DNA from: Raphidiopsis brookii D9
Lineage (GTDB): Bacteria; Cyanobacteriota; Cyanobacteriia; Cyanobacteriales; Nostocaceae
Assembly: GCA_000175855.1 (NCBI GenBank)
Contig: ACYB01000031.1
Span: forward strand, 120,001-152,000
Reading direction: 5' to 3'
DNA: 32,000 bases
Both the position numbers and the translations under genes were made by a program. Of this stretch, positions 9,741 to 19,376 are shown one piece after another. Numbering within the stretch: the first letter of the stretch is position 1; each line of letters opens with the position of its first letter. The notes under the pieces were generated by a model. The model worked only from the letters and a program-made list of their open reading frames with translations. It was not told the DNA's origin and searched no databases.

Positions 9741-9853
9741 AGTCTCAAACCTGAAGAATTTACACAAAGGGCAAAAGCTGATCCTGATTTTGATCGCATT
9801 CGAGAAGATACACGCTTTCAGGCTTTAATTAATAAAACTTTTCACGATTGACC
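9741..9853 (+). pseudogene. Tail remnant of an unrelated (TPR-protein-like) ORF on the right flank of the IS
   Basis: Reads SLKPEEFTQRAKADPDFDRIREDTRFQALINKT, which resembles C-termini of cyanobacterial TPR proteins ('DxDFxxIRxDxRFQALI'). No start codon, and no resemblance to UrtA. Confidence 0.5.
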
Positions 9854-9878
9854 TCAAATTAACCCAGGCTGTTTACCT

Positions 9879-11204
9879 ATGTCCCAAAATGCGGAACTGC
9901 TCAAGAACCTTTACAATGCTTTTAACCCGTTCCAACCTCTGTCAGCAGGAGATCCTAACTATGTAGACTGTCAAGACGTTAGAGGTGAAGCAGATATTTT
10001 AGAGGAATTGGGAAATCGCATTCAGCTGGCACGGGGAAATACTTGTCAACTGTATTCTGGACACAGAGGAGCAGGTAAATCTACTGAATTACTAAGATTG
10101 AAGAAATATCTGGAAGAGAGGCAGTTTTACGTAATTTATTTTGCCGCCGATGAAGAGGATATAGATTCAGAGGATGCTCATTATACCGATATTCTTCTGG
10201 CTTGTACCCGCAGGTTACTTAAAGATTTACAGCAAATAGGTAATCCTCAACCAGTACTAAATTGGCTAAAAGAGCGCTGGCAAGATCTAAAAGATTTAGC
10301 ACTCACAGAAATCCATCTTGAGGATATGAACATAGAGATGCAAGTTACTCAGTTTGCTAAGTTAACAGCTAACCTAAGAGCAGTTCCCGAATTACGTCAA
10401 CAGATTCGAGAGAAGGTAAACCCCCACACGGTAACTTTAATTAGGGTGTTAAATGAATTTATTGGAGACGCGAAGAAACGATTGCCATCGAAACAACACC
10501 AATTAGCAGTAATTGTTGATAACTTAGATCGGATGATACTAGTCAAGGAAGGAAATCGGACTAATTATGAAGAGGTTTTTCTAGACCGGTGTGAGCAACT
10601 CAAGTCTCTGGACTGTCACCTCATCTACACAGTTCCCATTGCTATGGTTTATTCTACTAGAGCTACTGATCTGCGCGACATTTATGGTGATCCCCAGGTT
10701 TTACCAATGGTGATGGTGCGGACTCCTAAAGGGGAAGTTTATCAACCGGGTTTGAAAAGGTTAACCGAGGTAATTGGCAGACGGGTTCGGCAATTTGTAC
10801 CAAATATATCCATAGAAACGGACATTTTTGACAGTCCAGACACTTTGGAAAAACTTTGTTTAATGAGTGGAGGTCACGTCCGAAATCTATTACTATTGAC
10901 TCAGGATGCCATTGGACGCACTCAAGACTTACCCATATCTGAAAGAGCAGTTCGACGAGCTATTACTCAAGCTAGGGATACCTACCGCCGTGCCGTAGAA
11001 AACCATCAATGGTCTTTATTGGCAGACGTATCTCGTTCAAAACGCATCCTTAATGATGATCAGTATCGCAATCTAATGTTTAATCGTTGTTTATTAGAAT
11101 ATCGCTATTTGGATAAAGAAGGGGAAATACAGCGCTGGTATGATATTCACCCGCTTATTCAGGGAATCCAGGAATTTAAAGAAGCTCTAGCAAACCTTTT
11201 GTAA
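9879..11204 (+). CDS. AAA/P-loop NTPase of unknown function
   Basis: Walker A 'YSGHRGAGKSTELLRLKKYL', Walker B-like 'LAVIVDNLDRM', sensor-like 'SGGHVRNLLLL'. Confidence 0.8.
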   Translation: MSQNAELLKNLYNAFNPFQPLSAGDPNYVDCQDVRGEADILEELGNRIQLARGNTCQLYSGHRGAGKSTELLRLKKYLEERQFYVIYFAADEEDIDSEDAHYTDILLACTRRLLKDLQQIGNPQPVLNWLKERWQDLKDLALTEIHLEDMNIEMQVTQFAKLTANLRAVPELRQQIREKVNPHTVTLIRVLNEFIGDAKKRLPSKQHQLAVIVDNLDRMILVKEGNRTNYEEVFLDRCEQLKSLDCHLIYTVPIAMVYSTRATDLRDIYGDPQVLPMVMVRTPKGEVYQPGLKRLTEVIGRRVRQFVPNISIETDIFDSPDTLEKLCLMSGGHVRNLLLLTQDAIGRTQDLPISERAVRRAITQARDTYRRAVENHQWSLLADVSRSKRILNDDQYRNLMFNRCLLEYRYLDKEGEIQRWYDIHPLIQGIQEFKEALANLL

Positions 11205-11250
11205 ATTTCAACGCCCGGAAGTAAAATCTATCTTTCCAGTTTTCTGCTTT

Positions 11251-13059
11251 TTGTTAGAATATGAATATGATTTGGAGGGCCAGGTAACTGGTCATGGGCC
11301 TATAGAGACTATTTTCGGAAATCTACAGGGTTTAAAATCCAGCCAACTAAGACAATTACAACGGCTGTACCATCAACGCGTACCAGGCAACTTTATTACC
11401 ACATCTGAGTTTGCTCAAAGGCTGGCAGCAATTAGTACAGAAGTAAACCAACCTATTTGCTCTTACATTAACCGTAAAGGAAAAGTGATTAGGGTTGGTG
11501 TAGGTACTGTGCGTCAAACTCAAATTCCACCCATGGAAATTCCACGCTATGGTGCAGAAAGACTCAGTGGAATTCGCTGCATAGCAACGAATCTCAAGTC
11601 AGAACCTCCCCAGGAAGCAGCACTGACAGCAATGCTGTTACAGCGATTGGATAGTTTAGTTATTTTAAATCTTACGGGCACAGGATTTACAAAAAGAGGT
11701 GGCGGATCAACTGGTTATGTTAAAGAGGTATACTTGGCTCATTTAGTGTGTAATACTACAAGAATACCTTTTAGTCAGTCATCGTTTATGACTGTTGGGG
11801 AATCCAGATCTCCTGATTTTCACATTTCACCACCCTTAAGTTTGGATGCAATTGCCCAACTGGATTTTCTGGGTTTGGTAGAAGGTTTAGAGGCAGAATT
11901 TGAGCGGGAATATATTGGACAGGAAGTAAATGGAGATCATGACCGAGTCATACTTGTAGGAGTATTCACTGATGATGTAAGTGACCAACAATTCCAAGAT
12001 ACTATAGCCGAGCTAGCTAGGTTAGTAGATACAGCAGGGGGAGAAGTGTTGCAAAGCGTCCAGCAAAAGCGCTCCCGTATTCATCCCCAAACGGTTATTG
12101 GTGAAGGTAAGGTTCAGGAGGTGGCTTTAACTGCTCAAACCCGGGGAGCAAATCTAATTGTTTTTGATCGCGATTTATCACCCGCTCAAGTGCGAAATTT
12201 AGAGTCCCAAATTGGTGTTAGAGTGATTGATCGTACGGAGGTAATATTAGATATATTTGCCCAGCGGGCCCAATCGGGAGCTGGGAAGTTACAAGTAGAA
12301 CTGGCCCAACTGGAGTATATGCTACCACGATTAACTGGTAGGGGGAGGGCTATGTCACGGTTGGGAGGTGGAATAGGAACTCGCGGACCTGGTGAAACCA
12401 AACTGGAAACGGAAAGACGAGCCATTCAAAGACGTATTTCCCGACTGCAACAGGAAGTTAACCAATTACAGGCCCATCGTTGCCGTTTGCGTCAAAAACG
12501 ACAACATCGGGAAATACCATCGCTGGCTTTGGTGGGATATACTAATGCGGGTAAGTCTACTCTACTCAACGCCCTAACCAATGCCCAGGTTTATACAGCT
12601 GATCAACTATTTGCCACCCTTGACCCTACCACCCGTCGTTTAGTTATTCCCCAAGGGGAAAACTATCCAGTTCGGGAAGCCTTAATTACGGATACTGTTG
12701 GGTTTATCCATGAATTGCCCTATTCTTTGATGGATGCTTTCCGTGCTACTTTGGAGGAAGTTACGGAGGCAGATGCCTTAATACATCTAGTTGATTTATC
12801 CCACCCTGCTTGGTTAAGTCACATTAGATCAGTACGAGAAATTCTAGCTCAAATGCCTATCACTCCTGGACCCGCTTTAGTCGTTTTTAATAAAATTGAT
12901 CAGGTTAATAATGAAGTGCTAGTTTCCGCACGAGAGGAATTTCCTTTGAGTGTGTTTATATCAGCTAGTCAGCGTTTAGGGTTGGAAACTCTTAGACTAC
13001 GATTATCACAGTTGATTGAATACGCTCTAGAACCAATGATACAAGAACAAGGATTTTAA
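11251..13059 (+). CDS. hflX: GTPase HflX (start uncertain; homology-like start near 'IETIFGNLQGL')
   Basis: 'GEGKVQEVALTAQTRGANLIVFDRDLSPAQVRNLE', 'GIGTRGPGETKLETERR', G1 'GYTNAGKSTLLN', 'DTVGFI', 'NKID'. Confidence 0.95.
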   Translation: MLEYEYDLEGQVTGHGPIETIFGNLQGLKSSQLRQLQRLYHQRVPGNFITTSEFAQRLAAISTEVNQPICSYINRKGKVIRVGVGTVRQTQIPPMEIPRYGAERLSGIRCIATNLKSEPPQEAALTAMLLQRLDSLVILNLTGTGFTKRGGGSTGYVKEVYLAHLVCNTTRIPFSQSSFMTVGESRSPDFHISPPLSLDAIAQLDFLGLVEGLEAEFEREYIGQEVNGDHDRVILVGVFTDDVSDQQFQDTIAELARLVDTAGGEVLQSVQQKRSRIHPQTVIGEGKVQEVALTAQTRGANLIVFDRDLSPAQVRNLESQIGVRVIDRTEVILDIFAQRAQSGAGKLQVELAQLEYMLPRLTGRGRAMSRLGGGIGTRGPGETKLETERRAIQRRISRLQQEVNQLQAHRCRLRQKRQHREIPSLALVGYTNAGKSTLLNALTNAQVYTADQLFATLDPTTRRLVIPQGENYPVREALITDTVGFIHELPYSLMDAFRATLEEVTEADALIHLVDLSHPAWLSHIRSVREILAQMPITPGPALVVFNKIDQVNNEVLVSAREEFPLSVFISASQRLGLETLRLRLSQLIEYALEPMIQEQGF

Positions 13060-13129
13060 AACCATGGCAATGGCAAATTGATGATATAAAATTATTAGGT
13101 CAAGTAGGGAGTATCTGATTAGGAAGGTT

Positions 13130-13399
13130 ATGACTGCAAAAGTAGAAATTTATACTTGGAGTGCTTGTCCGTTTTGTATACGTGCCAAAGGCTTGCTTAC
13201 AGCTAAAGGGGTGCAATTTACCGAATACAAAATTGATGGAGATGAGGAAGCAAGGAGGAAAATGGCTATCCGGGCAAATGGGAAACGCTCTGTACCCCAA
13301 ATTTTTATCAATGATGTCCACATTGGTGGTTGTGATGATATTCACGCCCTGGACCGTAGAGGGGGTCTGGATCCACTACTGCAAAATTCTGGGGACTAG
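13130..13399 (+). CDS. grxC: Glutaredoxin 3
   Basis: 'IYTWSACPFCIRAKGLL' (CPFC active site), 'SVPQIFINDVHIGGCDDIHALD'. Confidence 0.95.
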   Translation: MTAKVEIYTWSACPFCIRAKGLLTAKGVQFTEYKIDGDEEARRKMAIRANGKRSVPQIFINDVHIGGCDDIHALDRRGGLDPLLQNSGD

Positions 13400-13401
13400 T
13401 C

Positions 13402-14382
13402 GTGAGATTAGCTTTTATTATTGATCCTATCCATCAGCTAGACCCCTGTCATGATACTAGTGTGGCCCTGATGGAAGCAGCACAACTCCTGGGACACGAG
13501 GTCTGGATAACTCAGGTTAACCTACTAAATGTTATCCACGGTCAGGCCTGGGCCCTTCTTCAACCTATAGAAATAACTCCAGTAGAATTGGTGCAGGGAC
13601 TTTGGGTAGCAGCAAATTCTTGGTATAATTTAGGTCAGGCTATTTTTGCTCCCTTGGAGTCTATGCATGCTGTCTTTATGAGGACAGATCCCCCAGTTAA
13701 TGATTCCTACCTCTATGCTACTTATATTTTAGACTACATTGATCCTACTAAAACTCTGGTGGTTAACTCTCCCGGTGGTATCAGAGCCGCTAATGAAAAA
13801 ATGTATGCTCTTCAATTCAAAGAAGCAATTCCTGAAACTATTGTTAGTGCAGACAAAGATGTAATTCGGGACTTTGTGGAAAAGAAAGGCACAACAGTTA
13901 TTAAGCCCTTAGGTAACAAAGCCGGGGAAGGAATATTGATTGTGCAGGCAGGCGATCGCAATTTTAATTCCATAGTTGAGATTAGCACCATGCGGGGGCG
14001 ATTACCAGTCATGGTGCAAAGCTATTTGCCAGAGGCGAAAAATGGGGACAAGCGGATCATTTTAATTAATGGTCAACCTATGGGGGCACTCAACCGTCTA
14101 GCCAGTGGCAATGATTTTCGCAATAACATGGCTGCAGGTGGCACGGTGGCAAAAACAGAAATTACCACCAGAGAGGAAGAAATTTGTCAACTATTAGCCC
14201 CCAAACTGCGTCAGCATGGGTTAATTTTTGTTGGCATTGACATCATTGGTGGCTATTTGACAGAAGTCAATGTTACCAGTCCCACAGGAATCAGGGAAAT
14301 AGACCGTCTCAATGGCACCTATTTGTCAAGGGAGGTGTTGTCACTCATTATTGCGGGGATTAGGATTACGTCTCCTTTGTAA
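13402..14382 (+). CDS. gshB: Glutathione synthetase
   Basis: GTG start; '[17 protein letters not shown]', '[15 protein letters not shown]', '[23 protein letters not shown]'. Starts 2 nt after the grxC stop. Confidence 0.96.
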   Translation: MRLAFIIDPIHQLDPCHDTSVALMEAAQLLGHEVWITQVNLLNVIHGQAWALLQPIEITPVELVQGLWVAANSWYNLGQAIFAPLESMHAVFMRTDPPVNDSYLYATYILDYIDPTKTLVVNSPGGIRAANEKMYALQFKEAIPETIVSADKDVIRDFVEKKGTTVIKPLGNKAGEGILIVQAGDRNFNSIVEISTMRGRLPVMVQSYLPEAKNGDKRIILINGQPMGALNRLASGNDFRNNMAAGGTVAKTEITTREEEICQLLAPKLRQHGLIFVGIDIIGGYLTEVNVTSPTGIREIDRLNGTYLSREVLSLIIAGIRITSPL

Positions 14383-15639
14383 GAAGTCGGGTATTTGTGG
14401 AGCTTGAGAGGGTGGGGGAGTTGGATTGGTTGGTTGTAGTGGTTGATTAACCGGAGGTTGAGGTCCTGGTTTTTTAGGTGGTGTACCAGGGGGTCTAGAA
14501 CTAATAGTAGTCTGGGGGGTGGGTACGGGAGCTTCTCCGGTAAAGCCAGTGGCAATCACGGTAATTCTCACCTCTCCTTGTAGTCTGTCATCAATTACTG
14601 CCCCAAAAATAATATTAGCATTGGGATCAACCACTTCATAAATAGTTTCCGCAGCTGCATTTACCTCATGAAGTGTGAGATCGCTGCCACCAGTAATATT
14701 AAACACTACCCCTCTAGCACCCTCAATAGAGGATTCTAGTAAAGGTGATGAAATGGCTGCAATTGCTGCTTCTCGGGCCCTGGATTTTCCAGAACTCACA
14801 CCAATTCCCATCAAAGCAGATCCAGCATCAGCCATAACTGCTCGTACATCGGCGAAATCAACATTGACTAAACCTGGGATAGTAATAATATCAGAAATAC
14901 CCTGCACCCCCTGACGCAATACATCATCAGCGTAGCGGAATGCCTCCTGTACGGGGGTTTGTTCAGGTATAACCTCTAAAAGTTTATTGTTAGGGATAAT
15001 AATTAAAGTATCTACTCGACTTTTTAACCCCTCAATACCCTGTTCTGCTTGACTAGTACGTCGTCGTCCCTCGAAGACGAATGGTCTGGTAACCACCCCC
15101 ACCGTCAGAGCACCCATTTCCTTAGCTACTTCCGCTACTATGGGAGCAGCACCCGTACCTGTACCACCCCCCATACCAGCAGTAATAAATACCAAATCTG
15201 CCCCCTCCAGAGCAGTGGCAATTTCATCACGGGACTCCTCCGCCGCCTTTTGACCAATGGAAGGATTACCCCCAGCACCTAGACCCCTAGTTAATTTTTG
15301 CCCAATTTGCAGGCGACTTGATGCATTAGCCCAGGTTAGAGCCTGAGCATCGGTATTAATGGACCAAAACTCCACCCCCGTTACATCAGACTCAATCATC
15401 CGGTTCACTGCATTACCCCCGCCACCACCAACACCAATTACCTTAATATTGGCGACCCTTCCAGGAACAATTTCCCCAATCCGTTTAGCTTCCAACATCT
15501 TTGTATTATCGCTACCCTGTCCTAAGTTTAGCCCAGAACCACCAAAAGGATTACTGGAATTAACTGATAAGGATAACCCTGGTTGTCCAAAAGATTGGGA
15601 GTTTTTATAAGTAAGCTCTTGGTTATTATCAAGTGTCAT
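14341..15639 (-). CDS. ftsZ: Cell division protein FtsZ
   Basis: '[17 protein letters not shown]', tubulin signature '[12 protein letters not shown]', '[19 protein letters not shown]'-like region, C-terminal peptide '[10 protein letters not shown]'. Confidence 0.98.
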   Translation of the reverse strand: MTLDNNQELTYKNSQSFGQPGLSLSVNSSNPFGGSGLNLGQGSDNTKMLEAKRIGEIVPGRVANIKVIGVGGGGGNAVNRMIESDVTGVEFWSINTDAQALTWANASSRLQIGQKLTRGLGAGGNPSIGQKAAEESRDEIATALEGADLVFITAGMGGGTGTGAAPIVAEVAKEMGALTVGVVTRPFVFEGRRRTSQAEQGIEGLKSRVDTLIIIPNNKLLEVIPEQTPVQEAFRYADDVLRQGVQGISDIITIPGLVNVDFADVRAVMADAGSALMGIGVSSGKSRAREAAIAAISSPLLESSIEGARGVVFNITGGSDLTLHEVNAAAETIYEVVDPNANIIFGAVIDDRLQGEVRITVIATGFTGEAPVPTPQTTISSRPPGTPPKKPGPQPPVNQPLQPTNPTPPPSQAPQIPDFLQRRRNPNPRNNE

Positions 15640-15797
15640 AGTTTACAAAATTACATGGACGATTTTTTATGCTGTTCTTAATCCGAAAATCAAACATAGA
15701 GTCAACTATAGTCTGTAAAAACTATTATCATCTATGGACACAAATTGTTCCACAAACAGTCTAATACCGAGTGTGTAACCCTGAGAAAAATTACTGG

Positions 15798-16676
15798 TTA
15801 TTGATGCAATTGTACTAATGGATAATCAGGACTTTGGAGATCAATATACACTATTTCCCCAGATTTAAATTTTGCTTTTAAATTACCCATTTCCCTGAGC
15901 CTCTGTATCTTCTGATTTAATTGCACCACAGGAATCCCCAAATGTACAGCACCCAATTCCGTTTTCAAAATCACATTTGTCGGATCTCGAAAATCAATTT
16001 CCATCACGTTTAAAGAATTGTCTTGGATGGCTTGATACACCGTAGCCCAGTAAGGCTGATATTGTTCTGGTGAACCTAATACTTTCAAAGCAGGTAATTT
16101 GCCCCGGGGATTGAAGGCTGTATATTTTTTCCAGGGGATCAAGTTTCCACTGGCATCTATTAAATTTATATCATCACCTTTGGGACTTTGCGAACACGGA
16201 ATTGCGAGTGAGGTGACTTTTTTTGAAGAGGCCTGAGAATTGGAGACACAATTAGTTGCATTAGATTTTGACGAAGGTTGAATCATTGCTACTGGTAGTC
16301 TTTCTTGAATCTCAATATTTAATCCAGGTGGAAACAAACGACGGTTGACTATTGCTTGGGCAATAGTTGGTTGTCTTTCTAGGGATTGGGCAATTGCTGA
16401 GGGTTTAATTCGCCATAAGGACTGAGGATAAGAAAATTGCAGCAGTCTTTGAACTGTTTTCTGCGGTAATAGTTGATTCCCCGACCTCATCAAAATTTGT
16501 GTGGGAGTTGTGATCAACCAAACAGGTGCCAATACTATCCAAAACATTCCCCCTGCAATGCTACTAGTGGCTAGAATTCGCCAAACAGCTGTGAGAATTT
16601 TCATTTGTCTATGGCGACGCAGTTTTCGTCTCCGTTTGAGCAAATCCTGACGAGAAACCGATAACATGCCTGTCAT
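15798..16676 (-). CDS. ftsQ: Cell division protein FtsQ (POTRA domain)
   Basis: One N-terminal TM segment, 'RLLQFSYPQSLWRIKPSAIAQSLERQPTIAQAIVNRRLFPPGLNIEIQERLPVA', and the position upstream of ftsZ. Confidence 0.88.
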   Translation of the reverse strand: MTGMLSVSRQDLLKRRRKLRRHRQMKILTAVWRILATSSIAGGMFWIVLAPVWLITTPTQILMRSGNQLLPQKTVQRLLQFSYPQSLWRIKPSAIAQSLERQPTIAQAIVNRRLFPPGLNIEIQERLPVAMIQPSSKSNATNCVSNSQASSKKVTSLAIPCSQSPKGDDINLIDASGNLIPWKKYTAFNPRGKLPALKVLGSPEQYQPYWATVYQAIQDNSLNVMEIDFRDPTNVILKTELGAVHLGIPVVQLNQKIQRLREMGNLKAKFKSGEIVYIDLQSPDYPLVQLHQ

Positions 16677-16780
16677 TACAACCCCTTTCTAATTTTTTCA
16701 ATTCTTGGTATCAGATACAACTACGATTGGCTTACCATTCTATATTGCTTTTATTGCTTTGAGTATCATCAGTAGGAGGT

Positions 16781-17116
16781 TTAAGGATGGGAAATTTCTA
16801 TTTCCGCATCATATTCATTTCTTTTGGTAGCTAAGTTTATCAGAAACCATTGCAATCGCATACGCTCAATATAAGGCCATCCACCAGTGGATTCAATATC
16901 TTTCAAAAGGTTATACAGTTCTTGACGATTTTCCGGTAAACTATCTTGAAAAACTCCATCACGAATCTCTTTGTGTAAATACTCTAGTTGTCTTAATAAA
17001 TTTAGGAAGTTTTTCGTCTCACCTTGACAAGCTGTAACTGCTTCCCTAACTGCATTACTAACCGCTTGTAAACTGCTGGATGAATCTTCCAACGGCAGAT
17101 TTTGGTCTTTCTTCAT
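16781..17116 (-). CDS. Conserved hypothetical protein
   Basis: 111 aa, acidic and coding-like ('LLRQLEYLHKEIRDGVFQDSLPENRQELYNLLKDIESTGGWPY'). Family not recognised. Confidence 0.6.
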   Translation of the reverse strand: MKKDQNLPLEDSSSSLQAVSNAVREAVTACQGETKNFLNLLRQLEYLHKEIRDGVFQDSLPENRQELYNLLKDIESTGGWPYIERMRLQWFLINLATKRNEYDAEIEISHP

Positions 17117-17419
17117 CGGAAATTATGGGTTGTAAACCCCGTCTTTGGGACGGCTTGACATTTGAGGCACTTCTTGCTACTATCACACTTCGATGCAGAA
17201 GCTGCAATAACCGAATATTATTCCACGATAACACGGAATCGCAAAACAAACTGCCTATTGAAAACGCCGATAAACCGAGAGATTTAGGTTAATACTCCCG
17301 GTTCCCATTCCTTGATTAATTATCATCGTTAATTGGTCAATTGATTGATGCTCCCCTCAATGGTAGTTTGAATATAGAGCAGTTTTACCACTTAGATATT
17401 AACGACATTGAGGTTGACC

Positions 17420-18250
17420 ATGAGATATCGCGCTTTAATAATTGCTTTCTTAGCTTTATGCTTGACTCTAATAACCGCTTGCAGTGATGCTCCTTCATCC
17501 AGCGGCAAAGATCTACTAACTTATGAGGAAATTAGAGGAACTGGTTTAGCTAATAAGTGTCCTCAGTTATCAGAGGTTAGTCGTGGCTCTATTAATTTAG
17601 ACAGCAACCAGTCTTATACCATTAAGGAACTTTGTTTAGAACCTACGAGTTACTTTGTCAAAGAAGAACCAGCTAATAAACGGCAAGAAGCTGAATTTGT
17701 ACCTGGTAGATTGTTGACTAGATACACATCCACTATTGACCAAGTACAAGGGGATCTAAAAATAAATCCAGATAATAGTTTGACTTTTGTAGAAAAAGAT
17801 GGTCTTGACTTCCAAGCTATTACCGTCAAACTACCTGGTGGTGAACTAGTGCCTTTCCTATTCACTATTAAAGATTTAGTTGCACAAACACAACCTAACT
17901 CGACCAGTATCAATACTTCCACTGACTTTGAAGGTAAGTTTAAGGTTCCTTCCTATCGTGGAGCTTCCTTCCTTGATCCTAAAGGTCGTGGAGTGGTAAG
18001 TGGCTATGACAATGCTGTAGCTTTACCAGCTCAAGCTGATGCTGATGATTTAACTCGTACTAATGTGAAGCGCACAGAAATTCTCCAAGGCAAGATTTCT
18101 TTACAAGTATCCAGAGTGGATAATTCCACTGGTGAAATAGCTGGCACTTTCGAGAGTGAGCAACCCTCTGATACGGATCTGGGTGCTGGTGAGCCCAAGG
18201 AAGTGAAGATTCGCGGTTTATTCTATGGTCGGGTGTCAACAAACAGTTAA
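17420..18250 (+). CDS. psbO: Photosystem II manganese-stabilising polypeptide PsbO
   Basis: Signal 'MRYRALIIAFLALCLTLITACS', then 'LTYEEIRGTGLANKCPQL', 'FVKEEPANKRQEAEFVPGRLLTRYTSTIDQVQG', 'VPSYRGASFLDPKGRG'. ATG at 17420 preferred over the track's TTG at 17408. Confidence 0.98.
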   Translation: MRYRALIIAFLALCLTLITACSDAPSSSGKDLLTYEEIRGTGLANKCPQLSEVSRGSINLDSNQSYTIKELCLEPTSYFVKEEPANKRQEAEFVPGRLLTRYTSTIDQVQGDLKINPDNSLTFVEKDGLDFQAITVKLPGGELVPFLFTIKDLVAQTQPNSTSINTSTDFEGKFKVPSYRGASFLDPKGRGVVSGYDNAVALPAQADADDLTRTNVKRTEILQGKISLQVSRVDNSTGEIAGTFESEQPSDTDLGAGEPKEVKIRGLFYGRVSTNS

Positions 18251-18271
18251 GACTTGACCAAAAAGGCAGAC

Positions 18272-18307
18272 CCAAGTCCTGGATTTAGAACTTCTAAACC
18301 GGGGCTT
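18272..18307 (+). terminator. Long stem-loop 21 nt downstream of the psbO stop (3'UTR hairpin)
   Basis: CAAGTCCTGG(A)TTTAG-AACTT-CTAAACCGGGGCTTG: 15 paired positions including two G-U, with one bulged A. No T-run directly after it. Confidence 0.55.
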
Positions 18308-18362
18308 GCCCGTGAATGACTTAATTACAACGTTATCAAACCCCAATTCCCATCCACAGACC

Positions 18363-19023
18363 TCAATGAGTACAAAAATTATAGCCTTAGCTATTTCAAC
18401 TTTGGCTATGAGCGGGTGTGGTTTAGGAAACAATTCCCTAGGAGAAGGCCAAAAACCCCCAGCCATTGCCCAGTTTACCGATCCTGTTGTTCCTGCTAAA
18501 ATTAATTCGGTAGTTAATCCGGTAATTGAAAGCAATAAAAAATCAGGTAATTCCATCAGCGTCCCAAAACAGGTCTGTCCGATCTTTGGTAAAAGCTAGA
18601 CGTGACCCTTTTGCACAAATTATCCGCGTTCCACAGACAATCCCCACATTGCCTTCCGTGGTAAAGAGCAACAATACTAGTAGGTTGAATTCACTTAAAA
18701 AACCACTGGCAATTCGCCAAGCTGACCTAGAAATTAGGGGTAAAAATCCTATAAAACCTTCACCACCAAAACCACCAGATACTAAACTGGCACAGTCCAT
18801 TTTAGTATCTGGTGTAATTCTAGTCAATCAACAAGCCCAGGCGATTATTAAACTACCAGACGATTCAAACAGTCGTTACGTGCACGCTGGAGAAACATTG
18901 ACTAATGGTATTTTAGTTAAACGTATAGAAGTTAATCAGTGCGATAACCCAGTAGTCGTTTTAGAGCAGTTTGGGGTAGAAGTTAGGAGGGTCATCAGTG
19001 GACAAGAGGATGGAATTTGTTAA
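18363..19023 (+). pseudogene. Lipoprotein-like/secreted conserved cyanobacterial protein split by a +1 frameshift near the A6 run at 18537-18542
   Basis: N-terminal part 'MSTKIIALAISTLAMSGCGLG...VVNPVIESNKK'. Skipping one A joins it to 'NQVIPSASQNRSVRSLVKARRDPFAQIIRVPQTIPTLPS...GETLTNGILVKRIEVNQCDNPVVVLEQFGVEVRR' (track ORF 18526-19023). Confidence 0.6.
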
Positions 19024-19035
19024 GCTTATAACTCC

Positions 19036-19347
19036 GTGTATAAGGTATATATATCAAAAAATATGGAAACAATGCCGACCATAACACAAACTCAAACCAA
19101 AATTGAAATTGAATTCCCCTATTTACCTTTGGCTGTATATAGGGAAATAGCTGCCCATTTATGCCAGGTAAAAGGTGTAGATGTGCAGTTAGTCACTCAA
19201 ACATCTCTAGAGTTTGATTATTATCAAAGTCAAATCAAGTCTCTATGCATTTCCTGGCAGTCTGACAGTAATTTACAAAGAATTCAGCAGATACTGGAAT
19301 ACTATCAAAAACGTTATCACAAGGACTGGAAGAGGGTTGATGGGTAA
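19036..19347 (+). CDS. Conserved hypothetical protein
   Basis: 103 aa, 'KIEIEFPYLPLAVYREIAAHLCQVKGVDVQLVTQTS...YDYQSQIKSLCI'-like coding sequence 12 nt after the previous ORF. A probable start is the internal Met at 'METMPTITQ'. Confidence 0.65.
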   Translation: MYKVYISKNMETMPTITQTQTKIEIEFPYLPLAVYREIAAHLCQVKGVDVQLVTQTSLEFDYYQSQIKSLCISWQSDSNLQRIQQILEYYQKRYHKDWKRVDG

Positions 19348-19376
19348 AAGTTAACACTGGGTGGGCTTTTGGCATC

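Noticed and set aside
9879-11204. STAND/AAA NTPase as part of a new anti-phage system
   Set aside because: No effector, sensor or partner gene is visible; neighbours are an IS, a fragment and hflX. Not enough to claim a system.
14675-15610. Several plus-strand ORFs opposite ftsZ, including Ser/Thr/Pro-rich ones
   Set aside because: Shadow ORFs caused by the Gly/Ala/Pro-rich ftsZ coding sequence.
17080-17292. ORF MNLPTADFGLSSSEIMGCKPRLWDG... upstream of psbO
   Set aside because: Overlaps the divergent 16781-17116 gene and lacks a recognisable family. Kept only as uncertain; it could be leader sequence or degraded sequence.
17267-17300. Imperfect ACCGAGAG...CTCCCGGT hairpin upstream of psbO
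   Set aside because: Short stem with a mismatch. Not strong enough to propose an RNA element.
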